Shown here: positions 9,617 through 18,164 of the stretch, piece by piece | Numbering within the stretch: the first letter of the stretch is position 1 | Layout: the number at the start of each line of letters is the position of its first letter | NCBI GenBank assembly: GCA_945890735.1 | Contig: CAMDCZ010000021.1 | Location: 2,495 to 34,494 of the forward strand | Length of the DNA: 32,000 bases | Reading direction: 5' to 3' | Source: Bordetella parapertussis | GTDB taxonomy: Bacteria; Pseudomonadota; Gammaproteobacteria; Burkholderiales; Burkholderiaceae_C | The notes under the pieces: model-generated | Databases searched by the model: none | The model's input: the letters and a program-made list of their open reading frames with translations, nothing else | Told to the model about the DNA's origin: nothing | Translations under genes and position numbers: made by a program

Positions 9617-10618
9617 ATGACAAAAAAAGTATTGGTGACTGGGGCTGCTGGCTTCATTGGCTCGCAATTGCTGGGGCATTTGCATCTGCAGGGCCACCGC
9701 GTGGCAGGTTGCGACCTGGTCTCCTTGGACGGGGTAGGCGCACATCCGGCAGAGCCATTGTTGACTCGACTTCGCAAAGAGCGTTTGGCCGAATTTTCAA
9801 CCCGCAACGGCATCCCGTATTTTCAAATGGACATTGGTGCAGAAGACGCTTTCAGTCAGGTGTTGAATCAATGGCAACCCGACACCGTGGTTCATCTTGC
9901 AGCGCAAGCGGGTGTCAGGCATTCGATGCAAGCGCCGCTGGATTTTGTCACACCCAATTTGGTGGGTTTTGCCCGCGTGCTTGATGCCTGTCACCGCCAT
10001 CAAATCCCGCGCTTGCTCTACGCCAGCTCCTCCAGCGTTTATGGTCTGCGCAGCCAGGTTCCATTTTTGGAGTCAGACCGCACTGACCAGCCCCAATCTT
10101 TTTACGCGGCGACCAAGCAGGCCAATGAGGCCATGGCCTATGCCTACCATGCCCAATACGCCATGGGCTCCATAGGGATGCGGTTTTTCACTGTTTATGG
10201 GCCTTGGGGGCGCACCGACATGGCTCCATTCTTGTTTGCGCAAAACATGCGTCGCCATCAACCCATCAAGGTGTTTGGTGAGGGCAAATTGCTGCGCGAC
10301 TTCACCTATGTGGCTGACATTGTTGAGGCCATTGGAAAGCTCGTGTCACCATCAGACAAACTCACCGCACCGTCAATCGTCAACATGGGCCACCAGCGAC
10401 CTGTGCAGGTGAATACTTTTGTCGAACTCTTGGCCAAGCATTTGAACGTCAAACCCATCATCGAGTACGCCCCCATGCAAGCAGCCGATGTGGCGGTGAC
10501 TTGTGCCAGTGAGGACCGTTTGCTGGCGATGATTGGGAGTTGGGGCGAAACCCCCCTTGACCAAGGCTTAGGCCATTTTGTGCAGTGGCTCGAAGCTTGG
10601 GAGCCTGTGGGCAGTTAA
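9617..10618 (+). CDS. NAD-dependent UDP-glucuronate 4-epimerase-type SDR
   Basis: 333 aa. It has a GAAGFIGS Rossmann motif and the YAATKQANE catalytic YxxxK. The stretch RFFTVYGPWGRTDMAPFLF is one I associate specifically with UDP-GlcA 4-epimerases (LpsL/Cap1J type). Confidence 0.75.
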   Translation: MTKKVLVTGAAGFIGSQLLGHLHLQGHRVAGCDLVSLDGVGAHPAEPLLTRLRKERLAEFSTRNGIPYFQMDIGAEDAFSQVLNQWQPDTVVHLAAQAGVRHSMQAPLDFVTPNLVGFARVLDACHRHQIPRLLYASSSSVYGLRSQVPFLESDRTDQPQSFYAATKQANEAMAYAYHAQYAMGSIGMRFFTVYGPWGRTDMAPFLFAQNMRRHQPIKVFGEGKLLRDFTYVADIVEAIGKLVSPSDKLTAPSIVNMGHQRPVQVNTFVELLAKHLNVKPIIEYAPMQAADVAVTCASEDRLLAMIGSWGETPLDQGLGHFVQWLEAWEPVGS

Positions 10619-10667
10619 AGTAGGCAGCGACAGACACCTGTGGACCCACTCACTCGAAAGCAATGAC

Positions 10668-11093
10668 ATGCCCATCAGCAAGAAAAAATTACTCCAGCAT
10701 TTGGAAGAAGAAGTCTACTGCCGACTCGGCGTGTCACCTGTCCATGGCATTGGTGTTTTTGCGTTGAAAGCCATACCCAAAGGTGTCTATCCCCTGAAAA
10801 GCTATTTGAAGTACAAAGAAATCGACATCAACAAAGCTGACCTCAAGCGGTTGTCGCGCGGCGTGCGCGACCAGCTCGATATCTTTTGCTATTACGATAA
10901 AAAGAGTATCAGCGTCCCCTCGATGGGCATGAATTCTTTTGACATGTCGGTTTACCTCAACCATTCCAAGAGCCCCAACTTGCGCTTCAAACGGGCCGGG
11001 GTTTTGATCACAACCAAAGCCGTCGCCAAGGGCGAAGAGTTGTTCATCGATTACGACATCAGCTTTGGTGAAAAACACTACTTCGGAAAATAA
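10668..11093 (+). CDS. SET-domain protein (putative protein-lysine methyltransferase)
   Basis: The ATG at 10668 (MPISKKK...) gives 141 aa. Motifs are GIGVFALKAIPKG, NHSKSPN (NHSxxPN) and GEELFIDYD, the SET core signatures. The upstream 30 codons of the tracked ORF overlap the end of the epimerase gene and are probably not translated. Confidence 0.7.
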   Translation: MPISKKKLLQHLEEEVYCRLGVSPVHGIGVFALKAIPKGVYPLKSYLKYKEIDINKADLKRLSRGVRDQLDIFCYYDKKSISVPSMGMNSFDMSVYLNHSKSPNLRFKRAGVLITTKAVAKGEELFIDYDISFGEKHYFGK

Positions 11094-11095
11094 AC

Positions 11096-11120
11096 CAGGG
11101 TGCTCAAGGGCACCCTGTTT
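11096..11120 (+). terminator. rho-independent terminator after the SET gene
   Basis: cagggtgc-tcaagg-gcaccctg forms a perfect 8-bp stem and is followed by ttt. It begins 3 nt after the stop codon. Confidence 0.5.
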
Positions 11121-11157
11121 GCGATGTCATTTGCGCTGCTGAGCGCATGTCGCCGAT

Positions 11158-12063
11158 TCAACCAGCCATGGCCAACTCTGCATGGGCTTGGTCTTGCATT
11201 TCAGGGTGGCGATAGATTTGATTGAGTTCGTGCGGTTTGAAATCAATGATCAGGGGTGAGGTGGGGTCAGTGGCCAAGGGGTGGTCTGGATCGATCAGCG
11301 CCATGGCGTAGATGGGTTCGTGGTCTGTGACAAACAAAGCCTTGTAGCCATAGTCGTCCACGGGACCCAGGTTGTAGTAGCGCAGGCCATTTTTGGCAGC
11401 CCAACGGCAAGCTTGCAAGCAGGCGTAAATACCTGGCGAGCGGTTTTTGAATGCGCGGTTCCACTGACAAAAGCTGCCATAGAGTTGGTTGTATTGGGGG
11501 AGCAGGATGGACACATCAGTCAACACCAATTCACCTTCAGCAGAGTGAACTTGCAAAATCAATACATCCAGGTGGCGAACATAGTCGACAAACCCTTCAA
11601 CCTCACGGTCGTCGATGTAGTAGTTGGCAAAGTGATCGCCACCCATCTCAAACATGTCTTCAACCGTGATGTCTTTGCCCGCCACGACTTTCTCGGTGTA
11701 GGTGAAATGTTTGTATTGCTTGTCGAGTTCGCGAAATTTGCGTTCGCGGCGTTCTTCTTGCCAAAAGGTTTCAGCAAACGTGTCTACCAAACCGTATTTA
11801 TCGTTGATCGGCACACCGTATGGGCTGTCGGGTGGCAAGGCATAGACCACAAAAGGGCGCGGTGCGAAATCAAGCATTTCTTCAGACACATTCACATAGG
11901 GGCACAAAGCATCCCATCGGGTTGTGTAATAAAGAATATCGTTGTGCTCGCTTTCTACCAACAAATTGTCTTGCGTCCAACTCTGATACCCAACTTCGTG
12001 AACTTCAGGTGAATCTTGGGTGGATTGACTGGATGATTTGAATTGATAGAGCGTGCCATTCAT
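11158..12063 (-). CDS. FemAB/CelD/Mig-14-like GNAT-fold acyl(aminoacyl)transferase, hypothetical
   Basis: 301 aa. The C-terminal NRSPGIYACLQACRWAAKNGLRYYNLGPVDDYGYKALF fits the SPG...A...G...(F/Y)(D/N)LG....YK pattern of the Acetyltransf_6 family. The start overlaps the upstream CxxCxxCC gene by 4 nt (ATGA). The family call is from memory only. Confidence 0.45.
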   Translation of the reverse strand: MNGTLYQFKSSSQSTQDSPEVHEVGYQSWTQDNLLVESEHNDILYYTTRWDALCPYVNVSEEMLDFAPRPFVVYALPPDSPYGVPINDKYGLVDTFAETFWQEERRERKFRELDKQYKHFTYTEKVVAGKDITVEDMFEMGGDHFANYYIDDREVEGFVDYVRHLDVLILQVHSAEGELVLTDVSILLPQYNQLYGSFCQWNRAFKNRSPGIYACLQACRWAAKNGLRYYNLGPVDDYGYKALFVTDHEPIYAMALIDPDHPLATDPTSPLIIDFKPHELNQIYRHPEMQDQAHAELAMAG

Positions 12064-12527
12064 GTCGTTGCCTTTTGTTTAGACTTTTTAGTTTGAATTT
12101 TTGAAGTCAAGCGAGCGGGTATTTTTTTTAAGTCGAAATACGCTTCATCAATCGCATGGTTGTTCTTCAAAAATGGAGCATCTGTTTTTTCCAGTTGCAA
12201 TATAACTTGTTGTGCATGGCCCAAATGCAATGCGGCATCGCTGTCTTTGTCAGTCAACTCGCCCATGTAAGCGTCCATCAAAGGACAGTCGGCGTCAAAA
12301 TAAAAACTTTTGTTTTTCGGGTTGTAGCTCAGTGGATAAAGTTTGCATCCAAAGGGCTTGTCGTCGCCCATGGTGCAACCCGAAGGACCCAAGTGAGGAC
12401 ATTGTTGTTCAATGCATACGCTACCGAGCTTTTTCTTCTCGGTTCGGGTGAGCGTGATTTCAAGGGGTGGGTAACCTGCCTCGATATGGCAACAGCGTTG
12501 GCATTCGGCACAGTGGTCAAACAACAC
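12060..12527 (-). CDS. YkgJ-family CxxCxxCC cysteine-cluster protein (Zn/Fe-chelating domain)
   Basis: 155 aa. The N-terminal CAECQRCC is followed by CIEQQCPHLGPSGC and PFGCKLYP, the canonical spacing of this family. The C-terminus is a Lys-rich tail. Confidence 0.7.
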   Translation of the reverse strand: MLFDHCAECQRCCHIEAGYPPLEITLTRTEKKKLGSVCIEQQCPHLGPSGCTMGDDKPFGCKLYPLSYNPKNKSFYFDADCPLMDAYMGELTDKDSDAALHLGHAQQVILQLEKTDAPFLKNNHAIDEAYFDLKKIPARLTSKIQTKKSKQKATT

Positions 12528-12618
12528 GCATCAACTCCAGTGACGGTCGCGATACGTTCGGCTTGACTTGCAATAAATCTGTTGTGGTTGTCATCAAGCT
12601 AAGCATTGGTTTGAATAA

Positions 12619-12647
12619 TTATTAACGGATTTGACATATTGCGTCAA
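12619..12647 (-). promoter_or_regulatory. sigma70-like promoter for the CxxCxxCC-GNAT pair
   Basis: The reverse strand reads TTGACG (12647..12642), a 17-nt spacer, then TAATAA (12624..12619). This lies about 90 nt upstream of the ATG at 12527. Sequence pattern only. Confidence 0.3.
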
Positions 12648-12651
12648 GAAA

Positions 12652-13812
12652 TCATTTTGTATTTTCAGTCGCCGCCACACGAACCAAGTCACCTGGCATG
12701 ACACCATCTGGTGGGTTTTCAATCACTCGATCTGTGCTCTCCAGGCCGGATAAAAGTTCGATCCGAATTCCATGGTCTTTGGCGACCAACACTGGTTTGA
12801 TGACTACCTTGTTATCTGCATTCACGGTAGCGACTTGCAGACCAGTTTTGCTGAAAATCAATGCGCTTGGCGGGATGTTGAGGTGCTCGGTTTGGGCAGG
12901 CATGTCAAAGCTGACTTGGGCAAAACCACCGGGCAACAGTTCACCCCTTTGGTTGTCGGCAAAGAGCTGAACCAACATGCTGCCTGAGCTGGCTTGGATG
13001 GCCTGTGCCATGGATTGCACTTTGGCCGTGAAAACTTTCCCAGGCTTTTCGGGTACTGTGAATGTGGCCTGGCTGCCAGTTCGGATGGCTGTGACTTGGT
13101 TTTGCGGCACCTGAACGTACAAACGCAGTCGGCGCACATCAGACACCACAAAAAGTTCAGAACCAGCTGCACCGCCGACATTCACCAAAGCGCCGATGTC
13201 AGTGTTGCGTGCCGTCACCACCCCATCAAAGGGTGCGTTGATGCGGCTGAAACTTTTCATCGCTTGCAGACGGTTCACATTGGCTTGCGAGGCGTTCACC
13301 ATGGCTTGCTTGGCACGCAGGTCACCCATTTTTTCTTCGACGGCTTGGGCCGACACAAAGCCAGTGGTTTGCAAAGACTGCCAACGCTTGGCGGTATTTT
13401 CGGACAAGGCTGCATTGGCTTGAGAGATGGCCAACTCGGCTTTGGCTTGCAGGATTTGTTGGTCCACATCGGGCGTGTCAATCTCGGCCAACAACTGACC
13501 CGCTCGCACGGGTGTACCAATGTCAGCTTTCCAGGTTTTCAAATAACCGCTGATCCGAGCGTACAAAGGCGCTTTCGAAAAGGCCTCTATGCGCCCGGGC
13601 AAGTCCATGCTGGGCGAAGCGGGCGACAGCGCAGGGGTGATGACCTTGACGGTGCGCACCGATTGTTTGTCAGCCAATTCCTTGAGTTGCAGGTTGTCGG
13701 CGGTACGGGCGAGCAAACCTTGAGCCAACACATAGGCGGCCACCAAGCCCAAGATGATTGACCCTATCCAAAGTTTGCTGCGCGAAAAAACAGGGGAACG
13801 GGGATCAAGCAT
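12652..13812 (-). CDS. RND efflux periplasmic adaptor (MFP) subunit
   Basis: 386 aa with an N-terminal membrane anchor. It shows the lipoyl, coiled-coil and beta-barrel layout typical of the HlyD_D23 family. The start overlaps the RND permease stop by 8 nt. Confidence 0.9.
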   Translation of the reverse strand: MLDPRSPVFSRSKLWIGSIILGLVAAYVLAQGLLARTADNLQLKELADKQSVRTVKVITPALSPASPSMDLPGRIEAFSKAPLYARISGYLKTWKADIGTPVRAGQLLAEIDTPDVDQQILQAKAELAISQANAALSENTAKRWQSLQTTGFVSAQAVEEKMGDLRAKQAMVNASQANVNRLQAMKSFSRINAPFDGVVTARNTDIGALVNVGGAAGSELFVVSDVRRLRLYVQVPQNQVTAIRTGSQATFTVPEKPGKVFTAKVQSMAQAIQASSGSMLVQLFADNQRGELLPGGFAQVSFDMPAQTEHLNIPPSALIFSKTGLQVATVNADNKVVIKPVLVAKDHGIRIELLSGLESTDRVIENPPDGVMPGDLVRVAATENTK

Positions 13813-16800
13813 GAAGGACTCCGGGATTCAAAGAAGGGGTGGCCTTGCGGCGACCATGCACCATGCTAAAGAGCAAAGGTACCAAGACCAAGGTGGCCAC
13901 AGTGGCAAACAACAAGCCGCCAATCACTGCGCGGCCCAAGGGTGCGTTTTGTTCGCCGCCTTCACCCAGACCCAGAGCCATCGGCACCATGCCCATCATC
14001 ATCGCCAAAGCGGTCATGAGCACCGGTCGAAAACGCACGAAGCCCGCATCCAGAGCAGCAGCCACTGCATCGCCAAGTTGGTCCAAGCGCTCACGCGCAA
14101 AGCTGATCACCAACACACTGTTGGCAGTGGCCACGCCCATGCACATGATGGCCCCGGTGAGCGCCGGTACCGACAGCGTGGTGCGGGTGGCAAACAAGAT
14201 CCACACAATACCGGCCAAGGCGGCAGGCAAGGCGCTGATGATGACCAGTGGGTCGCGCCATGATTGGAAATTCACCACGATCACAAAGTAAATCAAGACC
14301 ACTGCGCCCAATAAACCCCACAGCAATCCAGAGAAGGCTTTCTCCATGGTGCGCACCTGTCCGAGCATGACCACTTTGCTGCCCTTGGGTTGTTGCGCTT
14401 GGGTTTCAAGGATGACGCGTTGAATCGCCTTGGAGACAGTGCCCAAATCCATGCCTTGGGTGGCGGCATGGATTTGCACCATGGGTTGGATGTCGTATTG
14501 GCTGACCAAGGCATTTTTCGCCGTGCGGTTGAAACTCGCCACACTGCCCAAGACTTGCTGTGAATTGGCGTTGGCAGGACTGACCGGTAAATTGGCCAAA
14601 TCATTCAAAGAATCGATGTTGTATTGCGGGGTTTGCATCACCACGGGATACGACACACCATTGGCGGGATTGAGCCAAAACGTTGGCGCGACCTGGCTGC
14701 TGCCGGCCAAATTCACCACCATGTTGTTGGTCACATCGCGCGCGGTGATCCCCATGCTTTGCGCTTGTGTACGGTCCAAGTTCACTTCAAACACAGGGCT
14801 TTTGGCCGATTGTTGAATGCGCGCGTCGGCAACGCCCGGGATGCGCCGGATTTCTTTCAACAACAAATTGGCATAGTCGAAGTTGGCGGACAAGTCGTTG
14901 CCTCGAATTTGAATGTCAATCGGCGCTGGCGTACCAAAGTTCAAGATTTGGCTGACGATGTCGGCAGGCGGAAAAGAGAACACCGTGTCAGGGAAGGCCA
15001 CGGGCAGTTGCTCGCGCAGCGCTTTCACATAGTCCGCCGTGGGCGCGTGGTTGGGGCTCAATGCAATTTGGATGTCGCCATCTTGCGATCCCACCACCCC
15101 AGTGTTGTTGTAGATCAGGTTGATGTAGCTCGGCGGCAAACCAATGTTGTCCACCATGGTGGTGATGTCTCGGGCTGGAATCACTTGACGAATGTGTTCT
15201 TGGATTTTGGCAAAGCGGGCGGCGCTTTCTTCCACCCGGGTGCCCACTGGCACCCGCGCATGGATCAAAATTTGACCGCCATCCACATCGGGAAAGAAGT
15301 TGCTCCCCAAAAAAGGCAGCAGGCCAAAGGAGCCCAGCACCACCGCCGCAAAACCAGCAGACACTTTGCCGCGGTGTTGCAGTGCCAGTTGCAACAGGTT
15401 TTTATAGCCGGCGCGAAAAGCTTCAAAGCGGATTTCAAAACCACGTTGGAAAGCCATGATTGGGTTGCTGGTGCCAGGCAGGCTGCGGTTTGAGTTGTGC
15501 ATATCGGTGTGCGATGCATGCGGCTTCAACAGAAACATGGCCATGGTCGGCACCAAGGTGCGTGACAAAAAGAAGGACCAGACCATCGCCAACATCACAG
15601 ACATGGCCATGGGTACAAACAAGAAGCGCGATAAGCCCTCTAAGAAAAACATTGGCACAAACACAATACAAATACACAGCAAGGACACAAAAGCGGGGGT
15701 GACGATTTGCGCTGCGCCATCCCGGATGGCTTGCTCAACGCTCTTGCCTTTTTCTAAGTGCCAGTTGATGTTCTCGATGGTCACGGTGGCGTCATCAACC
15801 AAGATGCCCACCGCCAGTGCCAAGCCGCCCAAAGTCATGATATTCAAGGTCTCACCCAAGGCGTAAAGGCCCAAGATGGCGCCCAGGATGGACAACGGGA
15901 TCGACACGGCAATGATCAGTGTTGAGCGCCAACTGCCTAGGAACAGAAAAATCATCAAGCTGGTCAGGGCAGCTGCAATCACGCCTTCCCAGGCCACGCC
16001 TTTGATGGCTGAACGCACAAACACCGATTGGTCGTTGATCGGTTGAATCGTCAAATTGGGCGGCAAGGACGATTTGATGTCTTGCAATTTTTGGCGCACA
16101 CCATCGACGATGGCCAAAGTCGAGGTGCTGCCGTTTTTCAACACCGACATCAGCACCGAGCGGTTGCCGTCCACATGCACCACATTGGTTTGTGGCGCAC
16201 TGCCGTCATGCACATTGGCCACATCGCGAACATAGACCATGGCGCCGTTGACCGATTTGATAGGTAAGTTGTCCAGATCTTTCAAATCGGTGGCGGCGTT
16301 GTTCAGACTGATGGTGTATTCGTAGCTGCCCATTTTTTGGGTGCCCACTGGGATGATGATGTTTTGCGCGGCCAAGGCGTTGCTCACATCTTGCGCCGAC
16401 AAGCCTCGCGCTTGCAAAGCGCTGGGGTTCAAGTCGAGTTGCACCAAACGCGACTTGCCGCCATAGGGGAAGGGCACGGCCACGCCCGGCACGGTCACCA
16501 ACGGGCTGCGCACTTGGGTGAGCCCCAGGTCGGCCAGGTTTTGTTCTGTCAGGCCTTTGCCCGCCAAGGCCAACTGCAAAATCGGTACCGTGGAGGCGTT
16601 GTAGTTGATGATGATCGGCGGCATGGTGCCCGGTGGCATTTGCCGCACCATGAACTGCGATACAGAGGTGACCTGCGCGTTGGCCACCGCGATATTCACA
16701 CCGGGTTGGAAAAAGATTTTGACAATGCCAACGCCGTTGTACGAATTGGCCTCAATATGCTCAATGTCATTGACCGTGGTGGTCAGCACTCGTTGAAACG

Positions 16801-17002
16801 AGGTGGTGATGCGGCCTGCCATTTGATCGGGCGGTAAGCCGGTGTAAGACCAGGCCACAGCAATCACAGGAATACGGATTTCGGGAAAGATGTCTATGGG
16901 TGTTTTCAGCGTCGCCAACGGACCAAGGATCAGCAAAAGCAAAGCCATCACCACAAACGTGTAGGGCCGTTTCAGGGCCACATCCACCACATTGATCAAC
17001 AT
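13805..17002 (-). CDS. RND efflux permease (AcrB-type)
   Basis: 1065 aa with 12-TM AcrB architecture and two large periplasmic loops. Conserved stretches include LGGLALAVGILVDDATVTIENI and GAIMCMGVATANSVL. Confidence 0.95.
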   Translation of the reverse strand: MLINVVDVALKRPYTFVVMALLLLILGPLATLKTPIDIFPEIRIPVIAVAWSYTGLPPDQMAGRITTSFQRVLTTTVNDIEHIEANSYNGVGIVKIFFQPGVNIAVANAQVTSVSQFMVRQMPPGTMPPIIINYNASTVPILQLALAGKGLTEQNLADLGLTQVRSPLVTVPGVAVPFPYGGKSRLVQLDLNPSALQARGLSAQDVSNALAAQNIIIPVGTQKMGSYEYTISLNNAATDLKDLDNLPIKSVNGAMVYVRDVANVHDGSAPQTNVVHVDGNRSVLMSVLKNGSTSTLAIVDGVRQKLQDIKSSLPPNLTIQPINDQSVFVRSAIKGVAWEGVIAAALTSLMIFLFLGSWRSTLIIAVSIPLSILGAILGLYALGETLNIMTLGGLALAVGILVDDATVTIENINWHLEKGKSVEQAIRDGAAQIVTPAFVSLLCICIVFVPMFFLEGLSRFLFVPMAMSVMLAMVWSFFLSRTLVPTMAMFLLKPHASHTDMHNSNRSLPGTSNPIMAFQRGFEIRFEAFRAGYKNLLQLALQHRGKVSAGFAAVVLGSFGLLPFLGSNFFPDVDGGQILIHARVPVGTRVEESAARFAKIQEHIRQVIPARDITTMVDNIGLPPSYINLIYNNTGVVGSQDGDIQIALSPNHAPTADYVKALREQLPVAFPDTVFSFPPADIVSQILNFGTPAPIDIQIRGNDLSANFDYANLLLKEIRRIPGVADARIQQSAKSPVFEVNLDRTQAQSMGITARDVTNNMVVNLAGSSQVAPTFWLNPANGVSYPVVMQTPQYNIDSLNDLANLPVSPANANSQQVLGSVASFNRTAKNALVSQYDIQPMVQIHAATQGMDLGTVSKAIQRVILETQAQQPKGSKVVMLGQVRTMEKAFSGLLWGLLGAVVLIYFVIVVNFQSWRDPLVIISALPAALAGIVWILFATRTTLSVPALTGAIMCMGVATANSVLVISFARERLDQLGDAVAAALDAGFVRFRPVLMTALAMMMGMVPMALGLGEGGEQNAPLGRAVIGGLLFATVATLVLVPLLFSMVHGRRKATPSLNPGVLHA

Positions 17003-17067
17003 CGCACGCCCTCAAATCATCTTGCCCAAGGCATGCCAAAACGGCTATGGGTAAGTGCTTTGCATTA

Positions 17068-18066
17068 TCAACTTTTTTTACCGCTTTTTCGGCTCGTAGC
17101 AGCTGACTTTCGGCTCATGTTGCGAAGCAGCCGTTGGCGCAACTGATGCTCTTTGGATGCAACTGGAACGGATTCATCGGCCAGTTGCAAATGCACATCC
17201 AAGTATCGTTGTGAGTAAGGCAAGCAATGCAGGTACAAACCATTGAAGACCTGCCTTGCATCTACGCCCGGCCAATTTGCAGGTAACAAGGCAACAGGCA
17301 AAGACGGGTCACGCAGCAGCAACCGACGAAAGTCGTGCACCAACAGCACGCGCAACAAGAAAGCATTTTGTTCAGACAAACTTGTTTGGGCTGACTTTTG
17401 AATGCTCAGCCAAATCGGCTTGTACACATGAATAAATTGTTTGTAGCGCTGACTTAACTGTGCCAAGTCCCAGGATTGAGCGACTACTTGCGTTTGTTCA
17501 ATTGCGTCAACATGATTGACGCTTTTTGCCACTAATGCCAATAATTGGCTGCGCCAAGCAGACAAACCCTCGTCCTCCATGCGGTCAAGCACGTTGTTCA
17601 AGTCAGCGCTCGGATGAATGAATGTGTGCGCGTTCAATTGCCCAAAGCCGTGCCAAAACAAAAAGTGCCTCAATTGCTCACGCGACTTGGCTGTTGCCTG
17701 ACCTGTGCTCACCAACATGCGCCAGCGTTGATCCCAATCGAGGTAGCTGCCTTCATAAATCACACGCGAGGCAGCTTCTATCCGGGCACGCCCTGTTTGA
17801 CTTAAACCATAGTCAGTGCGCCGCCCTTGAATGTTGGCGAGCAACCAGTCTTCCTTGACCAAACGAAAAATGGCTGTCCTGATCAATCGTTCGTTCACAC
17901 CCAGGGGTTCGAGTATGCGGATGAGACTGCCCAGCCAAGCGCTGCCGCCGCGGGGATAGATGGCGTCGCCAAAAACAGAAATGATCAGCGAGCCGGCCTG
18001 CATGCGCGGCTTTTGTCTGAAATTGGACAGGTGTTGTTGAATCAGTCTGGACATCTTGGCGGTCAA
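17068..18066 (-). CDS. paaX: PaaX-family transcriptional repressor
   Basis: 332 aa. The N-terminal SLIISVFGDAIYPRGGSAWLGSLIRILEPLGVNERLIRTAIFRLVKEDWL is the PaaX winged-helix region. The gene is divergent from paaA. Confidence 0.85.
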   Translation of the reverse strand: MTAKMSRLIQQHLSNFRQKPRMQAGSLIISVFGDAIYPRGGSAWLGSLIRILEPLGVNERLIRTAIFRLVKEDWLLANIQGRRTDYGLSQTGRARIEAASRVIYEGSYLDWDQRWRMLVSTGQATAKSREQLRHFLFWHGFGQLNAHTFIHPSADLNNVLDRMEDEGLSAWRSQLLALVAKSVNHVDAIEQTQVVAQSWDLAQLSQRYKQFIHVYKPIWLSIQKSAQTSLSEQNAFLLRVLLVHDFRRLLLRDPSLPVALLPANWPGVDARQVFNGLYLHCLPYSQRYLDVHLQLADESVPVASKEHQLRQRLLRNMSRKSAATSRKSGKKS

Positions 18067-18077
18067 GCGCTTTAAAG

Positions 18078-18135
18078 GTGATTTAATGATACATATTATT
18101 TGGCTAATTGCCTGTTTCGTGTATCATTTAATCAC
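18078..18135. promoter_or_regulatory. candidate PaaX operator in the paaX-paaA intergenic region
   Basis: gtgatttaatgataca (18078..18093) and tgtatcatttaatcac (18120..18135) form an inverted repeat matching at 15 of 16 positions, separated by 26 nt. The right arm ends 29 nt before the paaA ATG. Confidence 0.5.
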
Positions 18136-18164
18136 TCTTCCGACGACCCGAGGATTCCTGCAAT

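Noticed and set aside
9599-9745. N-terminal 49 codons of the tracked second PAP2 ORF.
   Set aside because: They would overlap the divergent epimerase gene by about 130 nt. The peptide (MCAYPVQGDQVATCHAVALQMQM...) precedes the first TM helix and shows no conserved feature. An internal start is more plausible.
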